From: an uncultured Chloroflexia bacterium
GTDB lineage: Bacteria; Chloroflexota; Limnocylindria; Limnocylindrales; CSP1-4
Assembly: GCA_963837825.1 (NCBI GenBank)
Contig: CAWIOR010000015.1
Location: 710,235 to 774,234, forward strand
Length of the DNA stretch: 64,000 nucleotides
Reading direction: 5' to 3'
Position numbers and translations under genes: made by a program. Under the pieces are notes generated by a model. That model was given only the letters and a program-made list of their open reading frames with translations. It had not been told where the DNA came from and searched no databases. Shown piece by piece: positions 31,646 through 44,534 of this stretch; position 1 is the first letter of the stretch; the number at the start of each line of letters is the position of its first letter.

Positions 31646-33318
31646 CTAGCCCTTGCCGCCGAAGAGCGTCCCGAACACCCCGCGCAGGAGCGACTGGCCC
31701 GCCCGCGAGGTGACGACCCGACCACCGGTCCGGATGGCCGAGTCGATCGACCGCTGGCGAGCTCGGTCGGCCGCCTTGCGCTCCCGCTCCGCGGCGGCCT
31801 CGGCGCGCGCCTGGGCGCGGGCCTCGCGCTCGGCCGCTGCGCGCTGACGCTCGAGCTCCCGGGCCTGGCGCTCGATCTCGCGCTGCTGCTGGGCCGGGTT
31901 GAGCATGACCGGCGGCGGGACCGCATTCGGGTCCGCGCCGGCCCGCTCGGCGGCGACCTGCTTGGCCGCCACGATCCGGGCCGAGATGATCTCGTGGGCG
32001 CTCTCCCGGTCGACCGTCTGACCGTACTTCGCGGTCAGCTGGCTGGTCGCGATGCGACCCTGGAACTGGACCGGGTCGAGGGCGGCCATCAGCGAGTCGG
32101 GAGGCACCAGCCGGGTCGCGGCGAGCGGCGTCGGGACGCCGCGGGCCGACAGGACCGTGATCAGCGCCTCGCCGATCCCGAGCGACTGGATCGTCTCCTC
32201 CACGTCGTAGAACTCGGTGATCGGGAACGTCCGAACGGTCTTCTTGAGGTTGTCGGCGTCCTGCGGGGTGAACGCCCGCAGGGCGTGCTCGACCCGGTTC
32301 CCGAGCTGGGCGAGGACCGAGCTCGGGATGTCGGCCGGGGTCTGGGTCGCGAAGTAGACGCCGACCCCCTTCGAGCGGATGAGCCGGGCGGTCCGCTCGA
32401 CCTGCTCCATCAGCGCGTCCGACGCGTCGTCGAACAGGAGGTGCGCCTCGTCGAAGAAGAAGCACAGCTTCGGCTTCGGCAGGTCGCCCGCCTCGGGCAG
32501 GCTGTGGTAGAGCTGGGCGAGCATCCAGAGCATGAACGTGCTGAACAGGCGCGGCCGGTCCATGACGTCGGACAGCTCGAGGATGCTGATGACGCCGGCC
32601 CCGTCGGGCGTCGTCCGGAGCAGGTCGCCGACGTCGAACTCGGGCTCGCCGAAGAAGACGTCGGCGCCTTCCTGCTCGAGGGTCACGATCGAGCGCAGGA
32701 GGACCCCCAGCGAGGCGCTCGACATCCCGCCGTACTCGTCGAGGATCGGCTTGCCCGCGTCCGAGCCCAGGTAGCGCAGGGTCGTCGACAGGTCGGCCAG
32801 GTCGAGCAGCGGCAGCTCGTTGTCGTCGCAGTACTTGAAGACGAGGCTGAGGATCGACGTCTGGGTGTCGTTGAGGTCGAGGACCTTGCCCAGCAGGAGG
32901 GGCCCGAAGCTGTGGACCGTGGCCCGGACCTGGGCGCCGAGCTTCCCGCTGAGCGACAGGAACTCGACCGGGTGGCCGGCCGGCTCGAACGTCCAGGCCG
33001 AGGCTCGTGCAGCGCTCGACGAGCTTCGGGTTGGTGGCGTCGCCGGGGACGGCCAGGCCGGTCAGGTCGCCCTTGATGTCGGCCACGAAGCACGGGACGC
33101 CGGCCCTGGACAGCTCGCCGGCCATGACCTGGAGCGTCTTCGTCTTGCCGGTGCCGGTCGCCCCGGCGATGAGCCCGTGCCGGTTGAGCATCGACAGCCC
33201 GACCTGGACGCGGACGTCCGAGGCGACCTCCGTCGCCGAGCATCGGGCTGCCGAGGACGACGGTCGGCTCGCTCGCGGCGTAGCCGGTCGCCATCGCGTC
33301 GCGGAAGGCCTGGTCCAC
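31646..33318 (-). CDS. DUF853 / HerA-like P-loop ATPase (YjgR family), frameshifted in the N-terminal half
   Basis: AAGGAGG-N6-GTG at 33318. [43 protein letters not shown] (Walker A). Intact C-terminal 359 aa (ORF 31646..32725) with [13 protein letters not shown] (Walker B), [11 protein letters not shown], charged coiled-coil tail. Confidence 0.75.
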
Positions 33319-33377
33319 GGGCTGCCTCCTTGGTCCGACGAGCGACGACCGGTGGACGCCGGACCGGACGGTCGGAA

Positions 33378-33406
33378 TTGAATCGTGCGGGTCCCGAGCG
33401 TACCAT
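33378..33406 (+). promoter_or_regulatory. Candidate sigma70-type promoter TTGAAT-N17-TACCAT for the DUF4332 genes
   Basis: TTGAAT 33378-33383, 17-nt spacer, TACCAT 33401-33406, about 90 nt upstream of ATG 33495 in a 176-bp divergent intergenic region. Confidence 0.3.
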
Positions 33407-33436
33407 CCGGGACACGATCCGGGCCGTCCCGGATGG
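33403..33436. promoter_or_regulatory. Perfect 11-bp inverted repeat CCATCCGGGAC-N12-GTCCCGGATGG overlapping the candidate -10 (operator or 5'-UTR hairpin)
   Basis: Arms 33403-33413 and 33426-33436 are exact reverse complements (read from sequence). Confidence 0.4.
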
Positions 33437-33494
33437 CCCCCGCCCGACGCGCCCATGAGCGGCTCCCCGCGGGCCGGCTCGAGGAGGACTTGAG

Positions 33495-34076
33495 ATGCGG
33501 ATCGAGGAGGTCGAGGGGATCGGCCCGGCCCACGGCCAGACGCTGGTCGAGGCCGGCGTCGCCACGACCGAGGCCCTGCTCGAGCGGGGCGCGACGCCGG
33601 CCGGCCGGAGCGCCCTGTCCGAGGCGACCGGGATCAGCGGCACGCTCATCCTCGAGTGGGTCAACCACGTCGACCTGATGCGGATCGATGGGGTCGGGTC
33701 GGAGTACTCGGACCTGCTCGAGGCTGCCGGCGTCGACTCGCCGCCCGAGCTCGCCCAGCGCAACGCGGCCAGCCTGGCGATCACGTTCCAGGAGGTCGTG
33801 GCCGCCCGGCCGGGCATCGTCCGGCGGATCCCGACCGAGGCCGAGGTCGCCGGCTGGATCGCCCAGGCCAGGACCCTGCCGAAGGTCGTCACCCACGGCG
33901 GCTCGTCGAGCGGCGGCGGCCCGGCGGCCGAGCCGGTCAGCACGGCTCCCGACGCGGGCGCGCCGGCCACGTCGCCGGCCCCGGGGCCGTCATCGTCCGC
34001 TCGGGCGGTCGTCGGCCAGGCCAGGGCGTCGAGCGAGGGATTGTGGGCGCGGATCAAGCGCCTCTTTGGCGGGTAG
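33495..34076 (+). CDS. DUF4332 domain protein (helix-hairpin-helix-like) with Gly/Ser/Pro/Ala-rich C-terminal tail
   Basis: Intact 193 aa. IEEVEGIGPAHGQTLVEAGVATTEALL, LILEWVNHVDLMRIDGVGSEYSDLLEAAGVDSPPELA. Confidence 0.7.
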   Translation: MRIEEVEGIGPAHGQTLVEAGVATTEALLERGATPAGRSALSEATGISGTLILEWVNHVDLMRIDGVGSEYSDLLEAAGVDSPPELAQRNAASLAITFQEVVAARPGIVRRIPTEAEVAGWIAQARTLPKVVTHGGSSSGGGPAAEPVSTAPDAGAPATSPAPGPSSSARAVVGQARASSEGLWARIKRLFGG

Positions 34077-34099
34077 TCGAAGACCGGGAGGGATCTGAC

Positions 34100-34504
34100 A
34101 TGCGGATCGAAGAAGTCGAGGGCATCGGGCCGGCCCACGGCCAGAAGCTCGCCGCGGCGGGCGTGGCCACGACCGACGACCTGCTCACCCAGGGGGCCAA
34201 GCCGGGCGGTCGGGACAAGCTCGCCGAGGCGACCGGGATCAGCGGCAAGCTCATCCTCGAGTGGGTCAACCACGTCGACCTGATGCGGCTCGACGGGGTC
34301 GGGTCGGAGTACTCCGACCTGCTCGAGGCGGCCGGCGTCGACTCGCCCGCCGAGCTCGCCCAGCGCAATCCGGCCAACCTGGCGATCACGTTCCAGGAGG
34401 TCGTGGCCGCCCGGCCGGGGATCGTCCGGCGGACGCCGTCCGAGGAGACGATCCAGGGCTGGGTCGCCGAGGCCAGGAAGCTGCCGAAGGTCGTCGAGCA
34501 CTGA
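34100..34504 (+). CDS. DUF4332 domain protein, tandem paralog (about 80% aa identity to 33495-33893 by eye)
   Basis: Intact 134 aa from ATG 34100: MRIEEVEGIGPAHGQKLAAAGVATTDDLL...LILEWVNHVDLMRLDGVGSEYSDLLEAAGVDSPAELA...KLPKVVEH. Confidence 0.7.
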   Translation: MRIEEVEGIGPAHGQKLAAAGVATTDDLLTQGAKPGGRDKLAEATGISGKLILEWVNHVDLMRLDGVGSEYSDLLEAAGVDSPAELAQRNPANLAITFQEVVAARPGIVRRTPSEETIQGWVAEARKLPKVVEH

Positions 34505-34537
34505 CCCGCGATCCCCGGGAGCCGCCGGGGAGCCGAG

Positions 34538-34576
34538 ACGACCCGGGCCGGTCCCGCCGCCCGGGTCGTTCTGTGT
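34538..34576 (+). terminator. Intrinsic-terminator-like hairpin after the DUF4332 pair (between convergent genes)
   Basis: ACGACCCGGGC (34538-34548), 10-nt loop, GCCCGGGTCGT (34559-34569), followed by TCTGTGT. Confidence 0.5.
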
Positions 34577-34585
34577 CCGGGCGGG

Positions 34586-35455
34586 TCAGCCCCGGAGGTC
34601 CGCGGGTACGACCCGAGGACGCGGACCATCGTGGTCACCGAACGGAGCTCGTCCAGCGCGGCCACCGTCGGCCGGGGCCGTCCGGTCGGCGTCGAGATCG
34701 ACCCAGAAGACGTACTCCCAGGCGCGCTCGCGGCTCGGCCGCGACTCGATCGTGCTCATGTTCAGGCCGTGCGTCGGCGAACACGGCCAGCACGCGCAGG
34801 AGCGCGCCCGGCTCGTTGCGCACGGCCAGGACGAGGGTCGTCCGCATCGCCTCGCCGCGCCGGCGATCGAGCCGCGGGAGCGATCGCGCCGGGCCGGGCG
34901 ACGACCAGGAACCGGGTCCGGTTGTCGTCCACGTCCTGGATGCGGTCGGCCAGGACCTCCAGCCCGAACAGCGCCGCCGCCCGCGGCGACAGGACGGCCG
35001 CCGAGCCGCGCTCCGCGCGGTCGACGATGAGCCGGCCGGCGCCGGCCGTGTTGTAGGTCGTCAGCAGCGCCCACGGCCGGGTCCGCAGGAACGCCTCCGC
35101 CTGGCCGAGCGCCTGGATGTGCGAGTAGACCCGCTCGATTCCGTCGAGCCGCTCGCCGGGCAGCGCGGCCAGGCACAGCCGGACCGGGACGACGACCTCG
35201 GCCCGGAGCTCCAGGTCGTGCTCGAGGAGGAGGTCGTAGTTCTCGCGGACGGTCCCGTTGACGCTGTTCTCGATCGGGACGACGCCGGCCGACCGATCGG
35301 CCCGCCTCGACCTCCTCGAAGACCTGGCGGAAGCCCGGCAGGCCGACCCGCTCGACCTCGCCGAAGGCCGCCCGGACGGCGTCCTCGGCGAACGCCCCCG
35401 GCTCGCCGGAGAACGCGATCCGCGTGCCGGCCGGGACGGCCTCCGGCTCGGTCAC
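34586..35455 (-). CDS. pheA: Prephenate dehydratase, frameshifted
   Basis: RIAFSGEPGAFAEDAV, VVPIENSVNGTVRENYDLL, ACT-domain pieces TTLVLAVRNEPGALLRVL and ESRPSRERAWEYVFWVDL, VRVLGSYP near the stop, spread over three frames. Confidence 0.7.
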   Translation of the reverse strand: MTEPEAVPAGTRIAFSGEPGAFAEDAVRAAFGEVERVGLPGFRQVFEEVEAGRSVGRRRPDREQRQRDRPRELRPPPRARPGAPGRGRRPGPAVPGRAARRAARRNRAGLLAHPGARPGGGVPADPAVGAADDLQHGRRRPAHRRPRGARLGGRPVAAGGGAVRAGGPGRPHPGRGRQPDPVPGRRPARRDRSRGSIAGAARRCGRPSSWPCATSRARSCACWPCSPTHGLNMSTIESRPSRERAWEYVFWVDLDADRTAPADGGRAGRAPFGDHDGPRPRVVPADLRG

Positions 35456-35462
35456 CTCGGCG

Positions 35463-35998
35463 TCAGCGCTCGAACCAGGCGACCGTGTCGTGCTCGGCGG
35501 CCTCCTCGTCGAGCTCGGCCCGGCGCGGCGCGTTGGCGACGGCGGCCGCCTTCGCCCGGCGCCGGTTGCCGGCCGCCTCGGTGGCGCCCTGCCAGTGGAC
35601 CTCGGCCAGGAGCTGGTCGATCGCGCCGATGTAGGCCTCGATCGAGGCGGCGATGATGTTCACGTCGCTCGACGTCCCGGTGTACTTGCCGCGTCGCGCG
35701 CTCGCCCTCGGCCGACGACGGCGGCGCGATCCGGACGGTCACCAGGCCCTCGGCGTCGGGGCCCTCGGCGACCGCGTGGACGTCGTAGGCGATCAGCCGC
35801 GGATGGCCGGTCAGCACGCCCTCGAGGGCGGCGTCGACGGCGCGGAACAGGGCGTCGACCGGGCCGTTGCCCTCGGCCGCGCCGTCCCACTGGTGGTCGC
35901 CCGAGCCGATCACCACGGCGCCCCGGCTCTGGACGTTCGAGCCGGACGAGACCGTCCAGCGCTCGAGGTGGAGGGTCGGGCTGGCGGTCGTCGGTCAT
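35463..35998 (-). CDS. Stand-alone LeuA-type allosteric/dimerisation domain protein (about 175 aa), two frameshifts
   Basis: GGAGGTGA-N5-ATG at 35998, just after the cimA stop (36004-36006). [52 protein letters not shown]...[21 protein letters not shown]...[24 protein letters not shown]. Aligns with the C-terminal domains of the leuA and cimA products in this window. Confidence 0.55.
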
Positions 35999-36003
35999 CG
36001 GGG

Positions 36004-37729
<1,726 letters not shown>

Positions 37730-37768
37730 CGCGTGGGGCTCCATCGGGGCGGGTCGTCGCAGGTCGGA

Positions 37769-38947
<1,179 letters not shown>

Positions 38948-38951
<4 letters not shown>

Positions 38952-40569
38952 GGGAGGTCCTCGGCCCGGGCGCGGGTCACGAACGCCGCGTCGACCCCGT
39001 TGATCTCGGCCCCGTGGAGCTTGTTCGTGGCGACCAGGTAGGCCTCGAGCGAGGCCTCGATGATGTTCGTCGACAGGCCGTGGCCGCTGACGACGAGCGC
39101 GCCCGGGCCCTCGTCGGACGAGCGCCGGCAGCGGACCAGGACCTGGCCCTGGGCGTCCTCGCCGGCGGACACCGCCTTGATCTCGTACTCGGTCAGGACC
39201 GGCCGCCAGCCGAGGACCGGCTGGATCGCCTTGTCGACCGCGCTGAACAGCGCGTTGACCGGGCCGTTGCCGGTCGATTCGGCCGACCGGACGTCGCCGC
39301 CGATCGACAGCGAGACCGTGCCCGTGGCGTTCCCGCCGTGCGAGCTGGTCACGCTCCAGCCCTCGAGCGCGATCGAGGCCGGGACCTCGGACGTCCGCGC
39401 CTCGACGAGCGCCAGGAGGTCGGCGTCGGTGACCTCCTTCTTCGCGTCGGCCAGGGCGATCGCCTGGCGATAGACGGCGTCGAGCGCCTCGCCCTCGAGG
39501 TCGTGGCCGAGCTCGCGCAGCTTGCCCTGCAGGCCGCGCCGGCCGGACAGCTTGCCGATCGTCAGCTGGCTGCCGGCCAGCCCGACCGACTGCGGGGTCA
39601 TGATCTCGTAGGTCAGCGGGTTCTTGATCACGCCGTCCTGGTGGATGCCCGACTCGTGGGCGAAGGCGTTCCCGCCGACGACCGCCTTGTTGGGCTGGAC
39701 GGCGAACCCGGTCAGGTAGCTGACCAGCCGGCTGGCGGCGGTGAGCTGCTCGGTCTGGACGCCCGAGCCGAGGTCGGGGAACTGGGTCGGGCCGGGTCCG
39801 GAGGGCCATGACGACCTCTTCGAGCGAGGCGTTGCCGGCCCGCTCGCCGAGGCCGTTGATGGTGACCTCGACCTGGCGCGCGCCGGCCTGGACCGCGGCC
39901 AGGGTGTTGGCCGTCGCCAGCCCGAGGTCGTTGTGGCAGTGGACGCGAGATCGTGGCGTCGCGGCCGACCCGGTCGACGACCCGGCCGACCAGCGTGCCG
40001 AACTCGGCCGGGATCGCGTAGCCGACGGTGTCCGGGATGTTGACCGTGCTCGCCCCGGCCCCGACGACCGCCTCGTAGACGTCGAGCAGGTAGTCGACGT
40101 CGGTCCGGCTGGCGTCCTCGGCCGAGAACTCGATCTCGGCGTCGCGGCCGAGCGCCTTGCGTCCGTAGCGGACCCACTCGACGGCCTGCTTGAGCGCCTC
40201 GTCGCGATCCATCCGGAGCTTGTGCTTGAGGTGGATGTCGCTGGTCGCGATGAACACGTGGAGGTGAGGGCGCTCGGCGATCCGGATCGCCTCGACCGCC
40301 CGCTGCGGGTCGCCGTCCCGGCAGCGAGCCAGCGCGGCCACGGCCACGCCCTTCGTCTCGCGGGCGATCCGCTGGACGGCCTCGAAGTCGCCCGGCGAGG
40401 CGGCCGGGAAGCCGGCCTCGATGACGTCGACCTTGAGCCGGACGAGCTGGCGGGCGACCTCGAGCTTCTCGGCGGCCGTCAGCCCGGCGCCCGGCGCCTG
40501 CTCGCCGTCGCGCAGGGTCGTGTCGAAGATCCGGACCGAGCCTCCGGCGGCGGCCGCGCGGGCGCTCAC
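38948..40569 (-). CDS. leuA: 2-isopropylmalate synthase, one or two frameshifts near 39830-39960
   Basis: [111 protein letters not shown], regulatory domain [16 protein letters not shown]. The GTG overlaps the ilvC stop. Confidence 0.85.
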
Positions 40570-41631
40570 CGGCTCGACTCCGCGACCCGGCGCGGCGTGC
40601 TGGCCGCGGCCTGGGCCTGGCCGGCCTTGACGACGACCGGGTCGAGGAAGGCCATCTGGCTCCGGAGCTCCTCGCCGACCCGCTCGATGAGGTGGTCGTG
40701 GTCCTGCCTGGCGCATCCGCTCGAAGTCCGGTCGACCGGCCTCGTTCTCGGCGATCCAGCGGCGCGGCGAAGGTGCCGTCCTGGATCTCGGCCAGGACCT
40801 GCTTCATCGTCGCCCGCACGTGGTCGTCGATGATCCGCGGGCCGCTGACGTAGTCGCCGAACTCGGCGGTGTCGCTGACGCTGAAGCGCATGAAGTTCAG
40901 GCCGCCGCGGTACATCAGGTCGACGATGAGCTTGAGCTCGTGCATCGTCTCGAAGTAGGCCAGCTCCGGCTGGTAGCCGGCCTCGACGAGGGTCTCGAAG
41001 GCCATCTTGACCAGGGCGGCGGTGCCGCCGCAGAGGACCGACTGCTCGCCGAACAGGTCGGTCTCGGTCTCCTCGGCGAACGTCGTCTCGAGGACGCCGG
41101 CCCGGGTGCAGCCGAGGGCGCGAGCGTAGGCCAGGACGCGGGCCCGGGCCGTCCCGCTCGGATCGCGGTGGACGGCGAACAGGGCGGGCACGCCGCCGCC
41201 GGCCTGGTAGACGCTCCGGACGAGATGGCCGGGGCCCTTCGGGGCGACCATCCCCACGTCGACGTCGGCCGGCGGGTCGATCCGCTTGAAGTGGATGTTG
41301 AAGCCGTGGGCGAACATCAGCAGCTGGCCGGCTCGGAGGTGCGGTCCGATCTCGGCGTCGTAGACGGCCTTCTGGGCCGTGTCCGGGACGAGGATCATCA
41401 CGACGTCCGCCGCCTTGACCGCCTCGCCGACGGTCATCACCCGGAGCCCGGCGTCCTCGACCATCGTCCGGCTCTGGCTCGCGGGGCGAGACCGACCACC
41501 ACGTCGACCCCGGACTCGTGGAGGTTCAGCGCGTGGGCATGGCCCTGGCTGCCGTAGCCGATGATCGCGACGGTCTGACCGGCCAGGGCGGCCGGATCCG
41601 CGTCGTCGTCGTAGTACATCTTCGCGGTCAT
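40566..41631 (-). CDS. ilvC: Ketol-acid reductoisomerase (class I), about three frameshifts
   Basis: [113 protein letters not shown] overlap with the ilvN stop. Confidence 0.85.
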
Positions 41632-42215
41632 CGCTTGATCGCCTCCTCGATGGATCCCGAGCCGCGCGCCATGACCACGGTCCCGGTGCGAACGAGTTCC
41701 CTCACCCCGTAGGTTCGCAGGAGCGCGACGAGCGCGTCGATCTCCGCCTCCGTGCCGGTCGCCTCGACGACGACCGACGTGTCGGAGATGTCGACGACCC
41801 GGGCCCGGTACAGCTCGACGATCCTGACGATCTCGCCCCGGTTCGCATCCGAGGCGCGGACCTTGACCAGGGCGAGCTCGTGCTCGACCGTGGGCTCGTC
41901 GGTCAGGTCCTGGACCTTGAGCACGTCGATCAGCCGGTAGAGCTGCTTGATCGCCTGCTCGACCAGGACGTCGTCCCCGTGGAGGGTGATCGTCATCCGG
42001 CTGATGTCCGGCTGGTCGGTGTGGCTGACCGCGAGCGACTCGATGTTGAAGTTGCGCGCCCGCATCAGGCTCGACACGCGGTTCAGGACGCCCGGCTTGT
42101 CGAGGACCAGGACGACCAGGACGTGGCGATGCTGGGCGCCCGTCCCCGGCAGCGCCCTGGCGGGCGGCGTGGCGTGGGCGGGCGCCCCGGACGAGGCCGG
42201 CTCGGTCGCGCTCAC
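41628..42215 (-). CDS. ilvN: Acetolactate synthase small (regulatory) subunit
   Basis: Intact 195 aa from GTG 42215 (GTGA overlap with the ilvB stop). [33 protein letters not shown] (ACT domain), [25 protein letters not shown]. Confidence 0.85.
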   Translation of the reverse strand: MSATEPASSGAPAHATPPARALPGTGAQHRHVLVVLVLDKPGVLNRVSSLMRARNFNIESLAVSHTDQPDISRMTITLHGDDVLVEQAIKQLYRLIDVLKVQDLTDEPTVEHELALVKVRASDANRGEIVRIVELYRARVVDISDTSVVVEATGTEAEIDALVALLRTYGVRELVRTGTVVMARGSGSIEEAIKR

Positions 42216-44119
42216 TCGTCCGCCCCTCCCCAGTTCTCGATCAGGTCGGACAGGCCCTTGCCGGCCGGCATCATCGGGAAGACGTTCTGCTCCTCGGCGA
42301 TCTCGAACCAGACGAGCGCCGGCCCGTCGACCGCCCGGGCGGCCCGGATCGCGTCGTCGACCTCGTCCGGCCGGGAGGCCTTGAAGCCCGGGATCCCGAA
42401 CGCCTCGGCCAGCTTGAGGTAGTCGGGCCCGAGCAGGTGGGCCGAGTGGTAGTTCCCGGCATAGAAGATCTCCTGCCACTGCCGGATCATCCCGAGCTTC
42501 TTGTTGTCGAACAGGGCGATCTTGACCGGGATCCGGTCCTGGACCAGGGTCATCAGCTCCTGGAACGTCATCTGGAACCCGCCGTCGCCGGTGATCGCCC
42601 AGGTCTCGCGGTCCGGCCGGCCGAGCGCGGCGCCCATCGCCGCCGGGACGCTGAAGCCCATCGTCCCGAGGCCGCCCGAGCTGACGTGGCTGTTCGGGCT
42701 TCGGAAGCCGGTGTAGCGGGCCAGCCACATCTGGTTCTGGCCGACGTCGGCCACGTAGGTCGCCCGGTGCTCGGTCAGCTCGCCGATCCGCTCGACGACG
42801 TAGTCGGCCGACAGGAGCCCGTCACGCCAGGCACCCGAACCGTGCCAGCTCGACGCCTCCGACTCGCGCTTCCATTCGGCCAGCTGGGCCAGGTAGTCGG
42901 CCCGCTCGGCCGGCTCGGTCCGCTCGACCATCGGCAGCAGCGCCCGGAGGACCCGGCCGGCGTCGCCGACGATCGGGACCTCGACCGCCACGTTCTTGCC
43001 GATCTCGGCCGGGTCGATGTCGACGTGGATGATCCGGGCATACGGAGCGTACGTCCGGACGTTGCCGGTCACCCGGTCGTCGAAGCGCATCCCGAACGCG
43101 ATCAGCAGGTCGGCCGACTGGATCGCCCGGTTGACGTGCTTCCAGCCGTGCATCCCCATGTAGCCGTAGGCCAGCGGGTGGGTCTCGTCGATCGCGCCGA
43201 TCCCGAGCAGGGTCCAGGCGACCGGGATGCTGGTCTTCTCGGCGAACGCCCGCAGGTCGTCCCAGGCCTCGGCGTGGAGGACGCCGTGGCCGGCCATGAT
43301 CACCGGCCGCTGGGCCCGGGCGATCTCGGCGGCGGCCAGCTTGAGCTGGCGGGGGTGCCCGTCGAAGGTCGGCCGGAAGCCCGGCAGGCCGGCGACGATC
43401 TCGGCCTCGGAGGGGTGCGCGGCGGTCGTCTCCTGCTGGAGCGCGTCCTTGGTGATGTCGACGTGGACGGGCCCGGGCCGCCCGGTCCGGGCGATGTGGA
43501 ACGCCTCGGCGATGACCCGCGGCAGGTCGTCGGCGTTGCGGACGAGGTAGTTGTGCTTGGTCATCGGCAGGGTGATCCCGGTGATGTCGATCTCCTGGAA
43601 GGCATCCTTGCCGATGAGCGCCGCCGGGACGTTGCCGGTGATCGCGACGATCGGGACCGAGTCGAGCATCGCCGTGCCGATGCCGGTGACCAGGTTCGTG
43701 GCTCCCGGTCCCGAGGTGCCCATGCACACCCCGACCCGACCGGTGACCCGGGCGTAGCCGTCCGCGGCATGGGCGCCGCCCTGCTCGTGGCGGACGAGGA
43801 TGTGGCGGAGCTCGGGGTAGTCGCCCAGGATGTCGTAGAGCGGGAGGATGACACCGCCCGGGTACGAGAACAGGACGTCGACCCCCTGGCGGATGAGGGC
43901 CTCGCAGACGACGTCGGCGCCGATCCGGGTCCGCTTCCGGGGCTTGACCTCGTGGAGCATCGCCGACCGCGCCCGCTCGACGGCGGCTGCGGTCGGGGAG
44001 CCGTCGGCGGGCACGTGGCTCCGGCGGGCGCGTCCGCCCGGGCTCGGCGGGGCGGAGCTCTGGCCGGGGCCGTCCGCCGGCGGCGCGCCGCCGTCCGGCG
44101 TCCCCTTGGTCATCGTCAT
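42212..44119 (-). CDS. ilvB: Acetolactate synthase large (catalytic) subunit
   Basis: Intact 635 aa from ATG 44119. [104 protein letters not shown]. Confidence 0.92.
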   Translation of the reverse strand: MTMTKGTPDGGAPPADGPGQSSAPPSPGGRARRSHVPADGSPTAAAVERARSAMLHEVKPRKRTRIGADVVCEALIRQGVDVLFSYPGGVILPLYDILGDYPELRHILVRHEQGGAHAADGYARVTGRVGVCMGTSGPGATNLVTGIGTAMLDSVPIVAITGNVPAALIGKDAFQEIDITGITLPMTKHNYLVRNADDLPRVIAEAFHIARTGRPGPVHVDITKDALQQETTAAHPSEAEIVAGLPGFRPTFDGHPRQLKLAAAEIARAQRPVIMAGHGVLHAEAWDDLRAFAEKTSIPVAWTLLGIGAIDETHPLAYGYMGMHGWKHVNRAIQSADLLIAFGMRFDDRVTGNVRTYAPYARIIHVDIDPAEIGKNVAVEVPIVGDAGRVLRALLPMVERTEPAERADYLAQLAEWKRESEASSWHGSGAWRDGLLSADYVVERIGELTEHRATYVADVGQNQMWLARYTGFRSPNSHVSSGGLGTMGFSVPAAMGAALGRPDRETWAITGDGGFQMTFQELMTLVQDRIPVKIALFDNKKLGMIRQWQEIFYAGNYHSAHLLGPDYLKLAEAFGIPGFKASRPDEVDDAIRAARAVDGPALVWFEIAEEQNVFPMMPAGKGLSDLIENWGGADE

Positions 44120-44193
44120 CGCGTCAGGCCCCTCCGTGGTGTCGTCCCTGTCGGTCCCGTCGACTGTCGGCGCTCCCGGGATCCTCCCGGCCC

Positions 44194-44233
44194 GAGAAAC
44201 GACAAGACCCCCGCCTCCCGGCGAGGGTCCCTT
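44194..44233 (-). terminator. Candidate attenuator terminator in the ilvB leader
   Basis: Minus strand: AAGGGACCCUCGCC-GGGA-GGCGGGGGUCUU (12 pairs including 3 G-U, GNRA loop) followed by GUCGUUUCUC. Lies 24 nt after the leader-ORF stop and about 75 nt before the ilvB ATG. Confidence 0.45.
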
Positions 44234-44256
44234 CGGTTCTCGGTGGCGCTGCCCGC

Positions 44257-44454
44257 TTACCTCCGCGATCCTCCGTTCTCCCGCCGGGCGATCCGGCCGA
44301 TAAGGCCATCGAGCCCGATAAGGAGCGAGCGAAGAAGAGCGAGCGCGGATACCTCGACGGCGCGGGCGTCGCTCAGCGGCAGGTGCGCGCGGCGGCCGTC
44401 GGTCGTGACCACGATGGCGACCCGCTGGCGTTCCTGGCCGTTGAACAGACCCAA
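44257..44454 (-). CDS. Candidate ilv-leu leader peptide ORF (65 codons, TTG start)
   Basis: GGAG-N6-TTG. MGLFNGQERQRVAIVVTTDGRRAHLPLSDARAVEVSALALLRSLLIGLDGLIGRIARRENGGSRR. The last third is about 50% Leu/Ile/Val and uses four CTT Leu codons, unusual against this window's strong G/C third-position bias. High GC3 in the 5' two thirds. Confidence 0.3.
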   Translation of the reverse strand: MGLFNGQERQRVAIVVTTDGRRAHLPLSDARAVEVSALALLRSLLIGLDGLIGRIARRENGGSRR

Positions 44455-44506
44455 GTCCGTCTCCGTGAGCTCGCGTCGGCCACATCGGGGCCGACGGTGT
44501 TCGCGC

Positions 44507-44534
44507 AGTCTACCAGCCTTCGTCGATTCCGCAA
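44507..44534 (-). promoter_or_regulatory. Candidate sigma70-type promoter TTGCGG-N16-TAGACT for the ilv-leu supraoperon
   Basis: Minus strand TTGCGG (44534-44529), 16-nt spacer, TAGACT (44512-44507), about 50 nt upstream of the leader ORF start. Confidence 0.3.
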
